From positions 23,115 through 87,114 of the forward strand of contig CAMOSO010000027.1 in the NCBI GenBank assembly GCA_946624925.1: DNA of 64,000 nt, written 5' to 3'. A model generated the notes under the pieces. The model worked only from the letters and a program-made list of their open reading frames with translations. It did not search any database and had not been told where the DNA came from. Both the position numbers and the translations under genes were made by a program. This DNA is from an uncultured Bacteroidales bacterium. Lineage in GTDB: Bacteria > Bacteroidota > Bacteroidia > Bacteroidales > UBA3824. This document shows, one piece after another, positions 62,223 through 64,000 of the stretch (positions are counted from its first letter, which is position 1; each line of letters opens with the position of its first letter).

Positions 62223-64000
62223 TTAATTTTGCTGCACGTCCATCGGCACTTTTAGCACCTGACTATTGAACCACCGCAGCCAATTGTGGTGTATCTGCAA
62301 CGGCAGGATCTCCTCCGCCTCATCTTTGAGGTCGAGGTTTTCGCTCGCAATCTTGTTGGTGATGGCGTCCAAATCCTCCACAAAATCCTTGACGCTCTTT
62401 TGACGGCGGTACTCCGAGAGGCCGTCGCTGATATTGGCAAATGCGTCGTAGCGCGACTGTGCAGCGTGCGTCTTGTCGGTAAACAGGCGGCAGTAGCCAT
62501 AGATGATTTTGTTGGCGGCGGTGCGATTTTCGGGGGTTTCGAGGGAGATGGTCTCTTGGAGGTTCATCAACGAATTGATGTTGCTGCCCGCATTCTCTAT
62601 CAGCCCAAAAATCTTGTCAACGCCCGCCGTGTTGGTAGCCATCGCCTCGCCAAACACAAAACTGCATTTGTAACGCGACGTGAAATAATTCTGCAAATTG
62701 CTTACCACACTCTGTTTGGTGATTGTATCGTTTTTCTGACGGTCGAGAACCGCCTTGAAAAACTTGCTCGATTCCATAGCCGACCTCTCGTACAACGGAT
62801 AAATCTCCGAGTAGAAAAAGTCGATGAGGACGTCGGTATATTTTTCCATCACAAGGTATTTCTCCTCCTCGATGCCCGTCATATAGGCAAGCATACGCTC
62901 TTTGGTGAGGTTTCGCTGCAAGATGGGCAGGAGTTTCATACGATAGAAATCCTTGTTGTGCTTTGTCAAATTAACGGTAACAGTACCCGTGGCGCGATTG
63001 ACGAGGTAATCGTCGATGATGTCTATCTCCTTCAATCTCGACACCGCGAGCAATGTGTCCTTGCCGTTGCGCATCTTGGCGTAGAGGTTTCTAAACTCCA
63101 ATTTGCGGCGGTCTTCAAGGGTGCGCGGACGTGCGTCAGTCTCGGCGGCAATGAGTTTCTCAAAGTCGTTGTAATTGTCGGTCTTGCCGTAACAATGCAG
63201 CAAATCAAGTGCCTTGACAGATGTGCCGAGGTTTTGATTGAGCAAGTTGGCGGCATCGGCAAAAGTGTTGTTATAAAAAGGAATGACCACCTGCGTTTTC
63301 TTGCCTTCCATAATGGCGTCAAGGGCGGTTTGGATGCCGTCGTTTTCCTCGGCGGGCGATTCGTTTTCCATCGAGGCGAGGAATGTCAACGGGTCGTCGG
63401 TATTGTCATTAATAATATCAAAAATATACGACTGTATCTTTTCCGCCAACGGCTTATCGTACTGCATCTCAGGCATATTGAGGGAGCGACTACGGAAGTC
63501 GATGTAGCCGAGACTCTTGGTGCGGTTTTGCGTGTAGATGTAGAGTTGATAGGGGCGCACCATCGGTTCGGTGTCGGTCTCTATCACCACATTAAACTCG
63601 TTGAAGACAGCCTCAATGATATTCTGACGGTCGGTGCGCTCGGGGAACATCACGCCGTCCAAAATCTCGTGCATCACAGTCTTTTCCTTGGACGCGCCGG
63701 GCGCAAGGTCGAGAAGGCGCGTAAGGCTCGCCGCCGTGTCAAAATTGGTGGCGATTATATTCTGCGCCGTTGAGAGGTTGCCCATATCGTCGCGCACGGT
63801 CTCCTCGCCGAGAAAATCCTTTGGCGCGGTGTTGAGGAGGATGTCAATCTTAGGCGGCTTGCCACTATCGGCGCGACCGCTGAGGCGGCAGAATGTGTCG
63901 AGGCTCATTGGCGGCTCCATCAGGATAATGCGACCAACGTTTGGCGCACTAATGCCAATTCCCGCCGAATATGTGCCGGAAAGCACCATCGCGTCGCCTT
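62223..64000 (-). CDS. C-terminal part of a large SF2 (RecQ-like, degenerate motif VI) helicase with a roughly 540-aa uncharacterised C-terminal extension; 5' end outside the window
   Basis: The frame stays open upstream of the listed Met to base 64000 (..GDAMVLSG..). SAGIGISAPNVGRIILMEPPMSLDTFCRLSGRADSG resembles helicase motifs V and VI (RecQ: FGMGIDKPNVR...QE.GRAGRDG). I could not assign the remainder. Confidence 0.6.
   Translation of the reverse strand, partial: GDAMVLSGTYSAGIGISAPNVGRIILMEPPMSLDTFCRLSGRADSGKPPKIDILLNTAPKDFLGEETVRDDMGNLSTAQNIIATNFDTAASLTRLLDLAPGASKEKTVMHEILDGVMFPERTDRQNIIEAVFNEFNVVIETDTEPMVRPYQLYIYTQNRTKSLGYIDFRSRSLNMPEMQYDKPLAEKIQSYIFDIINDNTDDPLTFLASMENESPAEENDGIQTALDAIMEGKKTQVVIPFYNNTFADAANLLNQNLGTSVKALDLLHCYGKTDNYNDFEKLIAAETDARPRTLEDRRKLEFRNLYAKMRNGKDTLLAVSRLKEIDIIDDYLVNRATGTVTVNLTKHNKDFYRMKLLPILQRNLTKERMLAYMTGIEEEKYLVMEKYTDVLIDFFYSEIYPLYERSAMESSKFFKAVLDRQKNDTITKQSVVSNLQNYFTSRYKCSFVFGEAMATNTAGVDKIFGLIENAGSNINSLMNLQETISLETPENRTAANKIIYGYCRLFTDKTHAAQSRYDAFANISDGLSEYRRQKSVKDFVEDLDAITNKIASENLDLKDEAEEILPLQIHHNWLRWFNSQVLKVPMDVQQN

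Noticed and set aside
1-64000. tRNA, rRNA, tmRNA or CRISPR loci, and sigma-54 (TGGCAC-N5-TTGC) promoters
   Set aside because: By-eye scanning of the intergenic regions found no cloverleaf-like GC-rich 70-90-nt segments, no GGTTCGAAT-type T-arms outside CDSs and no repeat-spacer arrays. TGGCAC occurrences are all inside coding repeats or lack the -12 element. A tRNAscan/Infernal run would be needed to be certain.

Overview
This looks like a chromosomal segment of a Bacteroidales-type (Bacteroidota) genome. Supporting signs are TAnnTTTG -7 promoter boxes, an UpxY-type NusG-like antiterminator heading a capsule locus, and typical Bacteroides housekeeping clusters. All family calls come from motif recognition in the supplied translations or my own hand translation; no database search or GC computation was run.

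Gene content by region:
- 1-6.3 kb: two adjacent secreted repeat proteins, one a roughly 1600-aa BspA/DUF285 LRR protein.
- 6.9-11.6 kb: a TPR/PP2C (SpoIIE) phosphatase and a TPR/TolB-like/OmpA protein.
- 11.7 kb: an Rpn/PDDEXK_2 putative transposase-nuclease.
- 12.8-16.3 kb: uxuB-uxuA-eda.
- 17.8-21.7 kb: an EEP-family enzyme gene coupled to a 956-aa outer-membrane protein gene.
- 22.0-41.1 kb: an UpxY-headed capsular polysaccharide (CPS) locus. Its 22.7-38.6 kb core is visibly much more AT-rich than the flanks.
- 41.2-45.1 kb: secG, a TPR protein, an LptE-like protein and a sigma-54 activator.
- 45.3-50.9 kb: three secreted proteins (DUF1566-like, a giant GLUG-repeat protein, a double CAP-domain protein).
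- 50.9-60.9 kb: mazG, DUF1343, a glycogen-type cluster (debrancher, GT4, GH57), an acyl-CoA synthetase and a nucleoside-recognition membrane protein.
- 61.0-64.0 kb: a truncated helicase operon.

Candidate undescribed systems, all unproven:
1. A Panacea/DUF4065-like antitoxin gene is translationally coupled to an unclassifiable 138-aa partner (37554-38521). It has its own promoter and lies beside a decayed ATPase gene and phased direct repeats. The whole module sits between a relic and the intact copy of a radical-SAM gene.
2. An overlapping pair of unknown genes with its own promoter (22811-23790) occupies the slot between upxY and wzx.
3. A degenerate RecQ-like helicase with a roughly 540-aa unknown tail is followed by a tail-anchored coiled-coil protein and a 93-aa acidic protein (61002-64000). 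It is cut by the window edge.

Other notable structure: a dispersed 23-nt hairpin element occurs in 5 copies with compensatory stem changes, one copy inside a CDS. There are also two large AT-rich composite palindromes, several tandem or phased repeats, and two internally deleted ATPase pseudogenes. I saw no rRNA, tRNA or CRISPR array.
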